From Macrostomum lignano (lineage: Eukaryota), in assembly GCA_002269645.1 (NCBI GenBank), contig NIVC01000387.1, positions 1-64,000 on the forward strand: DNA of 64,000 bases, given 5' to 3'. Made by a program: the position numbers and the translations under genes. The notes beneath the pieces were generated by a model. The model saw only the letters and a list, made by a program, of their open reading frames with translations, was not told the origin of the DNA and searched no databases. Below are positions 10,939 through 23,200 of the stretch, one piece after another. Positions within the stretch are counted from its first letter, which is position 1. Every line of letters begins with the position of its first letter.

Positions 10939-13314
10939 ATAAAGCCAAATTGAACATGATCGCTGACCGCCTTTAAGGCTGTTGTGAACAAGTTCTGTGT
11001 TCAAAGATCATGTTCGTAAGGCCTACTAAAGCGGACTAATATATTCAATCGGCTGGTAAAATTGCCGTCGATTTAAAATGAGCTAGGGGCCTAGACTATT
11101 TTAGTTTTAGGCTAGGGTAAGGTTAAGTACAAGAGTCGTTACAGTTTAATACTAAGCCATTTCATTATTGTTAAGCATTAGCAAGTAGTTAATCTTTACT
11201 AGGCTTAGACACAACTGGACTAATTGACTAGGCCCTAATAGGCCTAGTTCAAAAAGCTACATTTGATATCAAGCAACTATTTCATTGTTAGAATTTAATT
11301 GTACTGTAGTATAGGCCAATTCACATTTTCTGGTCTACTTTAAAATAACAGGTATATTATCTTTAGTTAGAAGGCTAGGATAGGCTAATAATGACTAGAT
11401 ATGAGTTGATAAGATAAGTTCTTTCTAATCTATATCTGGGCTTCTTAGTTGAAATTTTAGAGCCTAGCACCAGGCCTATATATAGCATATGCTAGGCTTA
11501 TCTATGGCTAGTATATGTTTTTATTGTAGCCATCAGCCATGTAAAGGTAGGGCTAGGTCTAATCAAGTGTTATATATTATATGGACATATAGCTCATATA
11601 GCTAGGTAGCTACTTTGTCTTTAGGCTATAAAAAAGTTTTTGTTATTAATATTAGTACTAGGCCTAGTAAATTATTTGTAAAGCCTATATTAAACATAAA
11701 CATTTCTAGTTCTAATTCTAGTATAGAGCCTACTATACTATGAACATTTAACAAATATATTTTGTTAGTATAGGCCTAGCCTATTACTTTGTTGTTATAA
11801 GTTAAAAAAGTAAATAAAAAAGTTTTGCCTATACTATAGCTTAACAAGGCTTAGCTAGGCTATTATTCTTTTTAAACAACCTTTATGACTATCTTACCTA
11901 GTTAGACTAGGCTAGTCTACCTCACTTAGTCTATCTAATCTAGTTTATTCTAGCTAGGCTTCTTTATTCTAAGCTATTTTTCTTTGGCTAGCCTTTATAA
12001 TTATCTTTCAAGGAAATATCTAGAGAAATTTAAAAAGGGCAAACTATACAAAGCAACTATAACCTAAAATTAGAAAATAGACCTTGGCCAAAATATATGA
12101 CCCAGAGTTTTTAATCCATAGTTAAGGGAGATATCATGGCTATGGCCCCTTGGGACCTTTGGATCTATCCTTGCTATCTCTTCTAGGTAGCCTTTCTAGG
12201 CACTCCCCTCTAGACTATTTAGGCCATCTATTCTAGGCTATTCTTCTTAGGTAGTCCTTCTAGGCTGTCTTTCCTAGGTAGCCCTCCTAGACAGCTCCTC
12301 TAGGCTATCTCTCCTACTTTACCTTTCCCAGACAGCCCTATTAGGCTACCCCTCTATGGCTGGCTACCCTTCCTATTCAACCCCTCAGGCTTCCTCTTAT
12401 TCTACCTCTCCCATTCTACCCCTCCCAGCCTACCCCTCCCAGCCTACCCCTCCCAGGCAGCCCTCCCAGCCTACCCCTCCTAGGCAGCCCTCCCTGCCTA
12501 CCCCTCCCAGGCAGCGCTCCGAGACTACCCCTCCTACTCTACCCCTCCCAGGCAGCCCTTCCAGGCTACTCCTCCCAGGCTACCCCTTCCATGGCAACCA
12601 CTTCCAGGCTATCTCCCACTGTGCCCCCGTGTACTGTCTCCATTTATGTTCGAAACTGAGAAGATTGTTTCGTTTTGGTATTATTTAAAAAGATAATGCA
12701 TCATTATTTACTTCAGACGCTTCACTCTCATTATTTCAGGTGCGTACATGCGAGTCAGCTAACGCTGACGCCGCACTTAGTATTCGGCTTTCCAACGGGG
12801 AACTGTGCGTTTATGAAAGCTATTTGGGATTTGGGATGCCAGAAAAGAAATACTATTTTGCAAGGATCCGATGAATGCTGCCGCTTCGGCTGCAGTGACC
12901 ACCGGCTCAAGCGGAGGACGATCGCAGGACTGTTTGCTGCCTGCCACTTCGGCTGCAGTGACCACCGGCTCAAGCGGAGGACGATCGCAGGACTGTTTGC
13001 TGCCTGCCGCTTGCTGCAGTGACCACCGGCTCAAGCGGAGGACGATCGCAGGACTGTTTGCTGCCTGCCACTTCGGCTGCAGTGACCACCGGCTCAAGCG
13101 GAGGACGATCGCAGGACTGTTTGCTGCCTGCCGCTTGCTGCAGTGACCACCGGCTCAAGCGGAGGACGATCGCAGGACTGTTTGCTGCCTGCCGCTTGCT
13201 GCAGTGACCACCGGCTCAAGCGGAGGACGATCGCAGGACTGTTTGCTGCCTGCCGCTTGCTGCAGTGACCACCGGCTCAAGCGGAGGACGATCGCTGCTC
13301 CGCGTGCTATCATC
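10939..13314 (+). repeat. Left inverted arm (~2.4 kb)
   Basis: Begins ataaagccaaattgaacatgatcgctgaccgc; the reverse complement ends at 23742. Confidence 0.92.
12891..13295 (+). repeat. 61/63-bp tandem array in left arm
   Basis: Unit gcagtgaccaccggctcaagcggaggacgatcgcaggactgtttgctgcc plus tgccacttcggct (63 bp) or tgccgcttgct (61 bp); about 6.5 copies. Confidence 0.95.
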
Positions 13315-15104
13315 TACGAGTGTTGCGAGTGCTAAGGGCGAACGAAGGACTAATGAAGGAGCATATTATCCGATTTCCTTCAGAGGCGATCCTTGCCAGT
13401 TATTTATCTTCGCGTGGAATTAGCAGTGAGTAAAAAATATGAGTATTATGTGCTGCCGCTTATACACTCTACAATATCATCAGCAGAATACGTTAAATGA
13501 GGTCGTTTGAAACAAAAAGAGTACGTAGATGGTAAGATGGCATGTATTTAGCTTCTTCCTAGTAAAATCAGTGAATTGTTTTGGTCGCGTACATAACCTA
13601 TTCAGCTTCTCCGCTCATAGTCACTCCAGCATCAAGTGCTAACAATGCAGATTAGCTATGAACTGTATTGGAATGCTTTGCATCATGCATTTGCATTTTA
13701 AATAAAAGGAATTTTTCTCTCGTTCATTGGCAGGTGTCGAGATGAGACAAAGCAATGTGCATTATGCTGCTGCCGATGCACAGAACGCAGAGTGCACGCA
13801 GGATCCTCGTAGAAGGATCTCAGAAAGAAGACGACAGTGACGACTACGGCATGTATGACTATTCAGCCACATTGGACAGAAATTAGCTGTTAGCCGTTTA
13901 AATATGTTTGGTCACACTTCTCTGTGACTGTGGCATGTAGAACATTTAATCCGTGACCTCTTTGCAATATTGCACTACCATCAAACGGTGACCCTCTTTC
14001 TCTCGCTCTGTACTGCTGTAACCAGTTTTTTGTCCCCCCTGTCGAGTTTTGCTAATCAAACTGTGAGAGAACTATGCAGCGCGTTTTTTCGCCAAACCTG
14101 GTATTATAAACATGTGACTAAAATAAAACAGGCTGCACTGCTTTTACCTATGCTTTTTACGATAATTCACTCTGTCCTGTTCTCAAACATTCCTGTTTTA
14201 TCGAATTCTCTTTTGATGACACAAATATGGTCACACGACGGTCACAAAGAATAGTGGGAGGTAGAGCCATAGGGCGAGAGGTATAAAGTATATGATTTTA
14301 CATTACAGTAGTCTCAATAGTTTGTCTACCCCTCTTGGCCTCCCTTTCTCCTCGCCCTCTGTCTCTGCAGCACCTGTTGGTTAAACATGAGAGGAAAGCT
14401 CGGCGAGAAAAGCCTCTGTGTAAAAGTCTCGTACCTGACATCCTGTCACTTTTAAATAGCCTTATGACTTTCCTGGTACATGGACATTTACATATGTAAG
14501 TTGTTTCCATTCGATCAAGGCAAATGATCTATAATTAGTATAGGTATACTAGTAATAGTAAATTCAGTTAGTCTTATCATGCACGAGCAATGGCGGATCT
14601 AGAATCTGCCATAGCATAGGGAGGCCAAACATGAGTATGAGGGGTACCAATTATGAGGGGGCGCAAAAATCTGTACTGCTGAAAATAACGAATGGGAAAC
14701 ACGGATTGCATGTTATCAATTTCTTAAATACGTATTTGAACTGAGAAGCACAATACCGGGGAGAAGTGTTTAGCCTTCTCTCTGCTTGGCAAGTGCACAT
14801 GCACTATCTACATGCAAGTTATTGAGCAGATTTGAGAGTTGTGTACAGTAGTAGAGGGTTACTTGACTTAGCTGCAGGGGTTCCAGGCATCCGGACGCAG
14901 CGAGGAGGCGTTATTTGTGGATCTATGAGAATTTTGAGAATTTCGTGATTGCCTGTTTACCTTAAGAAAGAAATTATAAAAAGGAAAGCTATTAGCAGAG
15001 ACGCGATTTTCTTTTGATAAATTCGACACAGGCAGGCAGCCAGGCAGGCAGACAGACAGGTAGGAAGGTAGGTAGGAAGGTAAACAGGCAATCACGAGAA
15101 ATTT

Positions 15105-15668
15105 CTTGCGGGAAAATCTTTCTGCTGGAAAAAGTCTGCGGGGAAAATTCGTGCGGGAAAATCTCGTGCGGTAAAGCTCCTGCGGGGAAAGCTCGGCGGG
15201 AAAAATTCCTGCGGGAAATTCTCGTGCGGTAAAGCTCCTGCGGGGAAAGCTCGGCGGGAAAAATTCCTGCGGGAAAATCTCGTGCGGTAAAGCTCCTGCG
15301 GGGAAAGCTCGGCGGGAAAAATTCCTGCGGGAAATTCTCGTGCGGTAAAGCTCCTGCGGGGAAAGCTCGGCGGGAAAAATTCCTGCGGGAAATTCTTGTG
15401 CGGTAAAGCTCCTGCGGGGAAAGCTCCTGCGGCAAATTTTCGTTGCGGGAAAAACTCGCTGCGGGAAAATCTCGTGCGGGAAAGCTCCTGCGGGGAAAGC
15501 TCGGCGGGAAAAATTCCTGCGGGAAATTCTTGTGCGGTAAAGCTCCTGCGGGGAAAGCTCCTGCGGCAAATTTTCGTTGCGGGAAAAACTCGCTGCGGGA
15601 AAATCTCGTGCGGGAAAGCTCCTGCGGGGAAAGCTCGGCAGGAAAAATTCCTGCGGGAAATTCTCGTG
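15105..15668 (+). repeat. Higher-order array of ~15-bp GCGGGAAA-type subunits
   Basis: ~61-bp higher-order unit gcggtaaagctcctgcggggaaagctcggcgggaaaaattcctgcgggaaattctcgt; about 19 exact GCGGGAAA by my count. Confidence 0.9.
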
Positions 15669-16911
15669 CTCCCGTTAATTGCCTCTTCAACTTCACGACT
15701 ACAACTTCAAGCTTCGCCATCCGCATGTTGTCAGCATGATGTCACCGATGAATTGAGGAGAATGTCAGTTTTGACGAGCTACATGTAAGTTTATCCACGT
15801 TGCTCGATTTTCTACCGAGGAAAAGCCTTTATTTATTACAGTGACTACGTTCACACAAATAAAATTTGTCAGACCGGTCGAATCATTGAAACAAACTTGC
15901 CTGGTCAAACTTCCACTGCTTGTAGAGAATTCACTACCATAGAGTTCTTTGCAGCTGCTTCTGTCATGCCCATTCTCTTGATTCTGGGCAGCGTTGCGCT
16001 AACACTTCCGTGCTTGCGTTTGAGAAGATCCTTGAAAAAAATTTCCATGTTCAACTGGACCCATGCAGATCTGCTGTGCAAGTGTCTCGAAGGCTGGCCA
16101 ACTTCATCTACATGTATAAAGGCATGGTGAGATTCCCGAGACGTCCAGGCAATTAACCCCCGTTTGCTCTCACCGACTTCGCAAACTGAAGCCGTAGCTG
16201 AATGCTTCTTTTAAACACCTGGCCTGTATAGATGCTAACTTTGTTATAGCCATCTATGTTTGCCTTTTACAGTTTATACGGAGTTTTCCGATACTAGCAT
16301 ATCTTACTGTCGTATGGCTCGGAAAGAAGTGCATTTTGGCGTAACTCCAGTAGTGGAATATAAAGGAAACTCCAGCATTAGAGCCTTGCAGACTCCAATA
16401 CTAGATTGATGGTCGATTTTAGCGTGCAGTTTAGTGCGACACTGCTCAGCGGCTTGCGTAGTTTTGATTAGTTGCAAGTTGCAGGACAGCCGGTTTACTT
16501 GCAGAATCTTTACTGACAGCAGGTTGATAAGGTGCAAATTTGACAAGTGCACCTAGGCCGGCGGGGAGGATACAAAATTTTGGCATTTTGCAGAGTGGGT
16601 TTTGCGCCTATGCGCCCAACATTTCCTGATAGATTTCGGCTCCCTGAGTCGATTGGCGCCGGTCCCAGAGCGCCAGAAGGTCATCCAGTAGAGTTATCTG
16701 CACTTTTCCAGTGCCAAAACCGAAACTCCAGTACTGGACGTTTATATCAGCTCCAGTGCTCGCTCCAACGCTGGAGTTTTCTTATGCTCCAATCCACTCC
16801 ACGGCTGCGTGTGGATCCACTTGCAATCAGTAAATTACAGTGGCAAAAGTAGAGATAAGTTTTGTTGTTAAATATTAAGCGTGCAAAGGTACATGTATTA
16901 TTAACTACTGA

Positions 16912-18545
16912 TGTAACCACGCTCTGGTCGCGGGATAGGGCAGGGAAACTTTTTCGAAGGGTCCCGCTCATCGCCGTGCACCCCCTGCGCAGAGCCGTCG
17001 AGACTGGGCTAAGATCTTCGACCAGGCCTGCAGACTACCGCTCTGCTGCACCTCCTGCTGCCTTGGCTCTGTCTCCCCTGCCGCCACACTTGCCTTTCCG
17101 GAGCTCCCTACCCCTCTCTGTACCTCCCCTTCTACCCTATCTCCTCTGCGCTTCCCTCTATTCTTCGTGTAATTTTCCTGCCCCCTCTCTTTTTGTCTCT
17201 TTCTGCACTATTTTCCTGCGCTGTCCCCCTTTCCCTGCGTCTACTTACAGTATTTTGTGTGCTCACCGCCCCCATCCCTTCTCAAAATCCCAAACGGTGA
17301 CGCAGGTCGTGTGACCCTCCTTCCCCTCGATGACTCATCGACGACTTATTCCCCTCTCTTGCGCAACCTTTTCTCATGCTATTGTTCTCCTCCCCAAATT
17401 TCTCATGCGACACCCACCCCACCTCCGCTTCTATTGTTCTCGTTTTTGATTCTTTTTTCTCTTTATCCCCACCAATTATCACATTTTCTCCGATTTTCTC
17501 TTTCTATTGTTCTCATTTTCGCACCTAATTATCACCTTTTCTCCAATGTTTGCTTTTCTATTGTTCTCGGTTCTCCCCAATTATGCCCGATTTCCAATTC
17601 CTTTGTTCTCGACCCCCGCCCCATTGTTCTCAATGTTTGCTTGCGCAACACTTTCGCGACCTCCCGCTGCGCCAATTATCCCCCACCCCGCCTCCGGATT
17701 GCACAATTCTCCCATTTCTCATGATGCTATGCCGTTCTCATGCTTCTCATCATGACTCATTCTGACGTCATTCTGCCGGCAGCCAATCAGAGAGAGGGAG
17801 TCATGTTAACGACCTTGGAGCGGCGGCTGGGAAGGCTATAAAAGGAAGCGATTTTGGCATGAGAATCCTCAACCTTCGGGCTCCTCGTCTTTCTTTAGAC
17901 TTGCTGTTAGCCATAGCTCTGACCTATTCGTCTATAGGGCGAATCCCTGCCGGCCCGCTGTCTGATACCGCCAAGTCACCTTAGCTCCCAAAGTGAGCTC
18001 GCCTATCGGCCAGCGGTCTGATACCGCCCAGCAACATCAGCATCGCCTGATCTACATCAGCGCCTCGTCGCTTCAGCGCATCGCCGCTTCACTGTCTGCC
18101 TGACTGCAGCCTACAGCCGTCCTCGGTCACTCCATCGCTCTCTCTCTCTCTCTCTGTGCAGCTGCCGGTAAGTTTCTATTACTAGTTTGTGCTCTAATTG
18201 CCTTTGCTTATCCGAGGTTTGCCTATTTTCCATTGCTTGATTAGAGAGCTGAGCCAATTGTGATACCGTATCTTTTGCTGTACTTTTTACTCAATAGTGA
18301 AGCCGTTTAATTGCCTGATTATTTGCCTAAGGGCCTAATTATTAACTATTAACTAACCTCATCATTATTCACTCTTTCACCATCATTTCACACATGGCTT
18401 GCTAAGCCTTTCCCCGGGGTGGCGAAGCATAAGGAAATTTGGTTAAGTGGCCTCTCCCCGTGCAAAGCCCGCCTGTGAGTGCGTGCTGCGGGTCCGTGTG
18501 TGCGTGCAGTAGAGGGAATTAGTGGCAGTAGGAAGGTTGCAACCC
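16912..18545 (+). promoter_or_regulatory. LTR-like or retroelement promoter segment
   Basis: Starts tgtaac. Has gccaatcag (~17783) and ctataaaag (~17836), a gtaagt donor (~18168) and a tggcagtaggaagg tract (~18523) loosely like a tRNA-Leu PBS. No second LTR copy in the window. Confidence 0.35.
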
Positions 18546-18649
18546 CATGCTGACGCGTCCCTTCGCCCTGAGCAATCTAAATCATAGACAGTACATGTTC
18601 GCCTCATACTACTCTTAGTAATTTAGGTCGTAAGTCAGCCTCGCTCACA

Positions 18650-19500
18650 GCCACAAAGGATCCCCTGCTGAGAAATCCTCCAGATTGAGCCCAGAGTTCC
18701 CGATCATGCCCCAAGCAGAGTCCCTGTACTCGGCTGCATGTGTCTCCTCTGTTAGCCTAAATCCCCTGGTAACCAATCCAGGCGGGGCTCTAGCCTCGAG
18801 AGGTCTGGTAGTAAGATCCAGGTGCGCCAGGTCACATAGAGTGGTGGCAGCCACTCGGTCATACTATGACCGAGTGACCAACTATTGCACCTTGGCTACA
18901 GGTGGGGTCCATGTGGGTCCTTGGCCCTCTGGTCACGAAGCGCTACCAAAGCTACTAATCATGTGGGCGGGACAGTCTGTTGCTGGAGGTCCGTCAGGTC
19001 ATTGCCCGGTCATAGGCAGCCCCCCTCTAGTCATGCGTTCGTCCCTCAACGGAGCGGACAGGCGACAAGGGCGGTTACATCACAACCTAATGGCAGCACA
19101 CTGGGACTCAATTACAGTGTTTTTCAGAGCGAGGTGCTTGCCATCAGCTTCTGTGTGGCAGAGCTGCGTCGAAGGCAGTTTAGCTTGCAGTCAGAAATTT
19201 ATTTTTGATAAATGATAGCCAAGCAGCCATTCTGGCCGTCTGCTGCAGCACCACCAACTCCAGATCTGTCCCTGGACTGCAACGCCCGGCTCCATGGGCT
19301 TGCGCTGGGCAACCAGGTGGAGCTCAAGCGGATCCCGGCCCACGATGTTATGGTTTCCATCCCGGCAAGGCTGGCTCCGCCGGCGCGCTTCTGGACCGGG
19401 CCCAGCTGGGGCCCCCACCCCTGCGCCTCGGTGATGCCCTCTGCAGCTAAGTCAAACATACTCGTGTGCATACTGGCACTAATTCATGATTTAGCATACA
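18650..19500 (+). pseudogene. Degenerate non-LTR retrotransposon (RNase H-bearing, R1/I/Loa-like) fragment
   Basis: Frameshifted RNase H motifs: LGLNYSVFQSEVLAIS, INDSQAAILAV, LDCNARLHGLALGNQVELKRIPAHD. Confidence 0.75.
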
Positions 19501-20214
19501 TGTACATGTAGGTGAAATACTTGCGTCAGTGTCAATACGCTCTTGTGCTAATCTCCATTCTAGCCGTGCTTGCTTTTGCTAGTGCGCGCTTGTTCATGCA
19601 ACCCAACTTTAATGATATTTTTAAACCTAGCTTACTTGAGGTAGCAAATAAGCCAGACTATGTGGATAGTTTGCCATTAGCTAAGGAAAGTTTAACATTT
19701 TGAGCAGAATAAGAGAATTTTCAGGCCGCCGCGATCCAAACTTCAAACTCTGCGACTTGCGATCTGGTCAATTCTTTTGCGCGAGCGAAATTTCTCAAAT
19801 AAGTGTAACGTGAAGTGAAAAATACTTGGGCGACTTCGGACACTTCCAAATATGTGCGAAAATGCGTGGCGCAACAGCCAAATTACCGGGGTGACATGGA
19901 TCGAGCAAAATGCTTTTTTATTTGCTATTCGGACAAAAAAATTACAGCTCTCAATAAACGCAAAGGTAATGTGCCGCTTGGATACAATAAATTTTTGCAG
20001 CTACGCAAAAACAATCGAAGTAATGCGCGCAACATAGAGCTGCCCGAAGAAACTTCAGCTACACAGCAACTACAAACCGGTGGTACAGGACTGCGCATCG
20101 CCAGGGTGTGAGTCACACAAACACGCATCACTTCAGACAATCGTTAAGGTCATAACCATAGTTTATTAAATAACCCTCACTATGCCACTGTTCGTTAAGG
20201 TCCTCGCGGAACCG

Positions 20215-23200
20215 GATGACAGCACGCGAGCAGCGATCGTCCTCCGCTTGAGCCGGTGGTCACTGCAGCCGAAGTGGCAGGCAGCAAACAGTCCTGCGAT
20301 CGTCCTCCGCTTGAGCCGGTGGTCACTGCAGCCGAAGTGGCAGGCAGCAAACAGTCCTGCGATCGTCCTCCGCTTGAGCCGGTGGTCACTGCAGCAAGAG
20401 GCAGGCAGCAAACAGTCCTGCGATCGTCCTCCGCTTGAGCCGGTGGTCACTGCAGCCGAAGTGGCAGGCAGCAAACAGTCCTGCGATCGTCCTCCGCTTG
20501 AGCCGGTGGTCACTGCAGCAAGCGGCAGGCAGCAAACAGTCCTGCGATCGTCCTCCGCTTGAGCCGGTGGTCACTGCAGCCGAAGTGGCAGGCAGCAAAC
20601 AGTCCTGCGATCGTCCTCCGCTTGAGCCGGTGGTCACTGCAGCCGAAGCGGCAGCATTCATCGGATCCTTGCAAAATAGTATTTCTTTTCTGGCATCCCA
20701 AATCCCAAATAGCTTTCATAAACGCACAGTTCCCCGTTGGAAAGCCGAATACTAAGTGCGGCGTCAGCGTTAGCTGACTCGCATGTACGCACCATAAATA
20801 ATGAGAGTGAAGCGTCTGAAGTAAATAATGATGCATTATCTTTTTAAATAATACCAAAACGAAACAATCTTCTCAGTTTCGAACATAAATGGAGACAGTA
20901 CACGGGGGCACAGTGGGAGATAGCCTGGAAGTGGTTGCCATGGAAGGGGTAGCCTGGGAGGAGTAGCCTGGAAGGGCTGCCTGGGAGGGGTAGAGTAGGA
21001 GGGGTAGTCTCGGAGCGCTGCCTGGGAGGGGTAGGCAGGGAGGGCTGCCTAGGAGGGGTAGGCTGGGAGGGGTAGGCTGGGAGGGCTGCCTAGGAGGGGT
21101 AGGCTGGGAGGGGTAGGCTAGGAGGGGTAGGCTGGGAGGGGTAGGCTGGGAGGGGTAGGCTGGGAGGGCTGCCTGGGAGGGGTAGGCTGGGAGGGGTAGG
21201 CTGGGAGGGCTGCCTGGGAGGGGTAGGCTGGGAGGGGTAGGCTGGGAGGGCTGCCTGGGAGGGGTAGGCTGGGAGGGCTGCCTGGAAGGGGTGGGTAGTC
21301 TCGGAGCGCTGCCTGGGAGGGGTAGGCAGGGAGGGCTGCCTGGGAGGGGTAGGCTGGGAGGGGTAGGCTGGGAGGGCTGCTTGGGAGGGGTAGGCAGGGA
21401 GGGCTGCTTGGGAGGGGTAAGCTGGGAGGGGTACGCTGGGAGGGCTGCCTGGGAGGGGTGGGTAGGCTGGGAGGGCTGTCTGGGAGGGGTAGGCTGGGAG
21501 GGCTGCCTGGGAAGGTTCGCCTGGGAGGTGTAGAGTAGAAGGGGAAGAGTAGGAGGGGAAGAGTAGGAAAGAGGAGCCTGATGGTTTGAGTAGGAAGGGT
21601 AGCCTGGGAGAGAGCCTGGAAGAGGTTGTGATGGAAGGGGTAGCCTGAGAGGGGTAGAGTAGCAGGGGTAGCCTAGGAGGGTTGCATAGGAGAAGTAGCT
21701 TGGGAAGGGTATAGTGGGAGGGGTAAACTGGACGGGGTAGCTTGGGAGAGCTGAGAGGTCACTGGGAAGGGTATCCTCGGATGGTTATCCTGGGAGGGCT
21801 AGCCTGGGAAGGGTAGCCTGGGAGGGGTAGCCTGGGAAGGGTAGCCTGGGAGGGGTAGAATGGGAGGGTAGCCTGGGAAGGGTAGAATGGGAGAGGTAGC
21901 CTGGGAAGGGTAGAATGGGAGGTAGCCTGGGAAGGGTAGCCTGGGAGGGTATCCTGGGAAGGGTAGCCTGGGAGGGGTAGAATGGGAGGGGTAGAATGGG
22001 AGAGGTAGCCTGGGAAGGGTATCCTGGGAAGGGTAGCCTGGGAGGGGTAGAATGGGAGGGGTAGAATGGGAGGGCTGCCTAGGAAGGGTAGCATGGGAGA
22101 GGTAGCCTGGGAAGGGTAGCCTGGGAAGGGTAGCCTAGGAAAGGTAGCCTGGGAGGGGTATAATGGGAGGGGTAGAATGGGAGGGGTAGAATGGGAGGGG
22201 TAGAATGGGAAGGCTGCCTGGGAAGGGTAGCCTGAGAAGGGTATAATGGGAAGGGTAGTCTGGGAGGGGTAGAATGGGAGAGGTAGAATAAGAGGAAGCC
22301 TGAGGGGTTGAATAGGAAGGGTAGCCATAGAGGGGTAGCCTAATAGGGCTGTCTGGGAAAGGTAAAGTAGGAGAGATAGCCTAGAGGAGCTGTCTAGGAG
22401 GGCTACCTAGGAAAGACAGCCTAGAAGGACTACCTAAGAAGAATAGCCTAGAATAGATGGCCTAAATAGTCTAGAGGGGAGTGCCTAGAAAGGCTACCTA
22501 GAAGAGATAGCAAGGATAGATCCAAAGGTCCCAAGGGGCCATAGCCATGATATCTCCCTTAACTATGGATTAAAAACTCTGGGTCATAGGCCTATATTTT
22601 GGCCAAGGTCTATTTTCTAATTTTAGGTTATAGTTGCTTAGTATAGTTTGTTGCCTGCAATTTTTTTAGATCTACCCTTAAGGGATAATTATGAAGGCTA
22701 GCCAAAGAAAAATAACCTAGATAGAGAAGCCTTATTTGAGTATTAGAGACTAAGTAGGATAAACTAGCCTAGTCTAACTAGGTAAAATAGTCATAAAAGA
22801 TTATTTCAAAAGAATAATAGGGCCTAGCCTAGCTAAGCTTTGGGCTTAGTAGGCAAAACTGTTTTATTCATTTTTTTAATGAAAGACAAAGTAATAGACT
22901 AGGCTTATATTAAAAAAATATTTTTAATGTTTATTATATGGTATACTAGAACTAGAATTAGAACTATAATTGTTTAATATAGGCCTAGGCCATATAAATA
23001 ATTTACTAGCACTAATATTAATAACAAAAACTTTTTATAGCCTAAAGTAGCTACCTAGGCCTAGCTATATGAGCTATATGTCTATATAATATATAACACT
23101 TGATTAGACCTAGTCTGTCCTACCTTTATATGGCTACAATAAAAACCTATAGGCTATACTAGTCATAGGCCCAGCATATGCTATATAGGCCTAGGCTCTA

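Noticed and set aside
12755-13300. 61/63-bp regularly spaced repeats as a CRISPR array (also 20230-20660)
   Set aside because: Units are contiguous with no unique spacers, no cas genes, eukaryotic context.
19512-19703. Short ORF with signal-peptide-like hydrophobic stretch
   Set aside because: GTG start, no codon bias, sits in decayed retroelement sequence.
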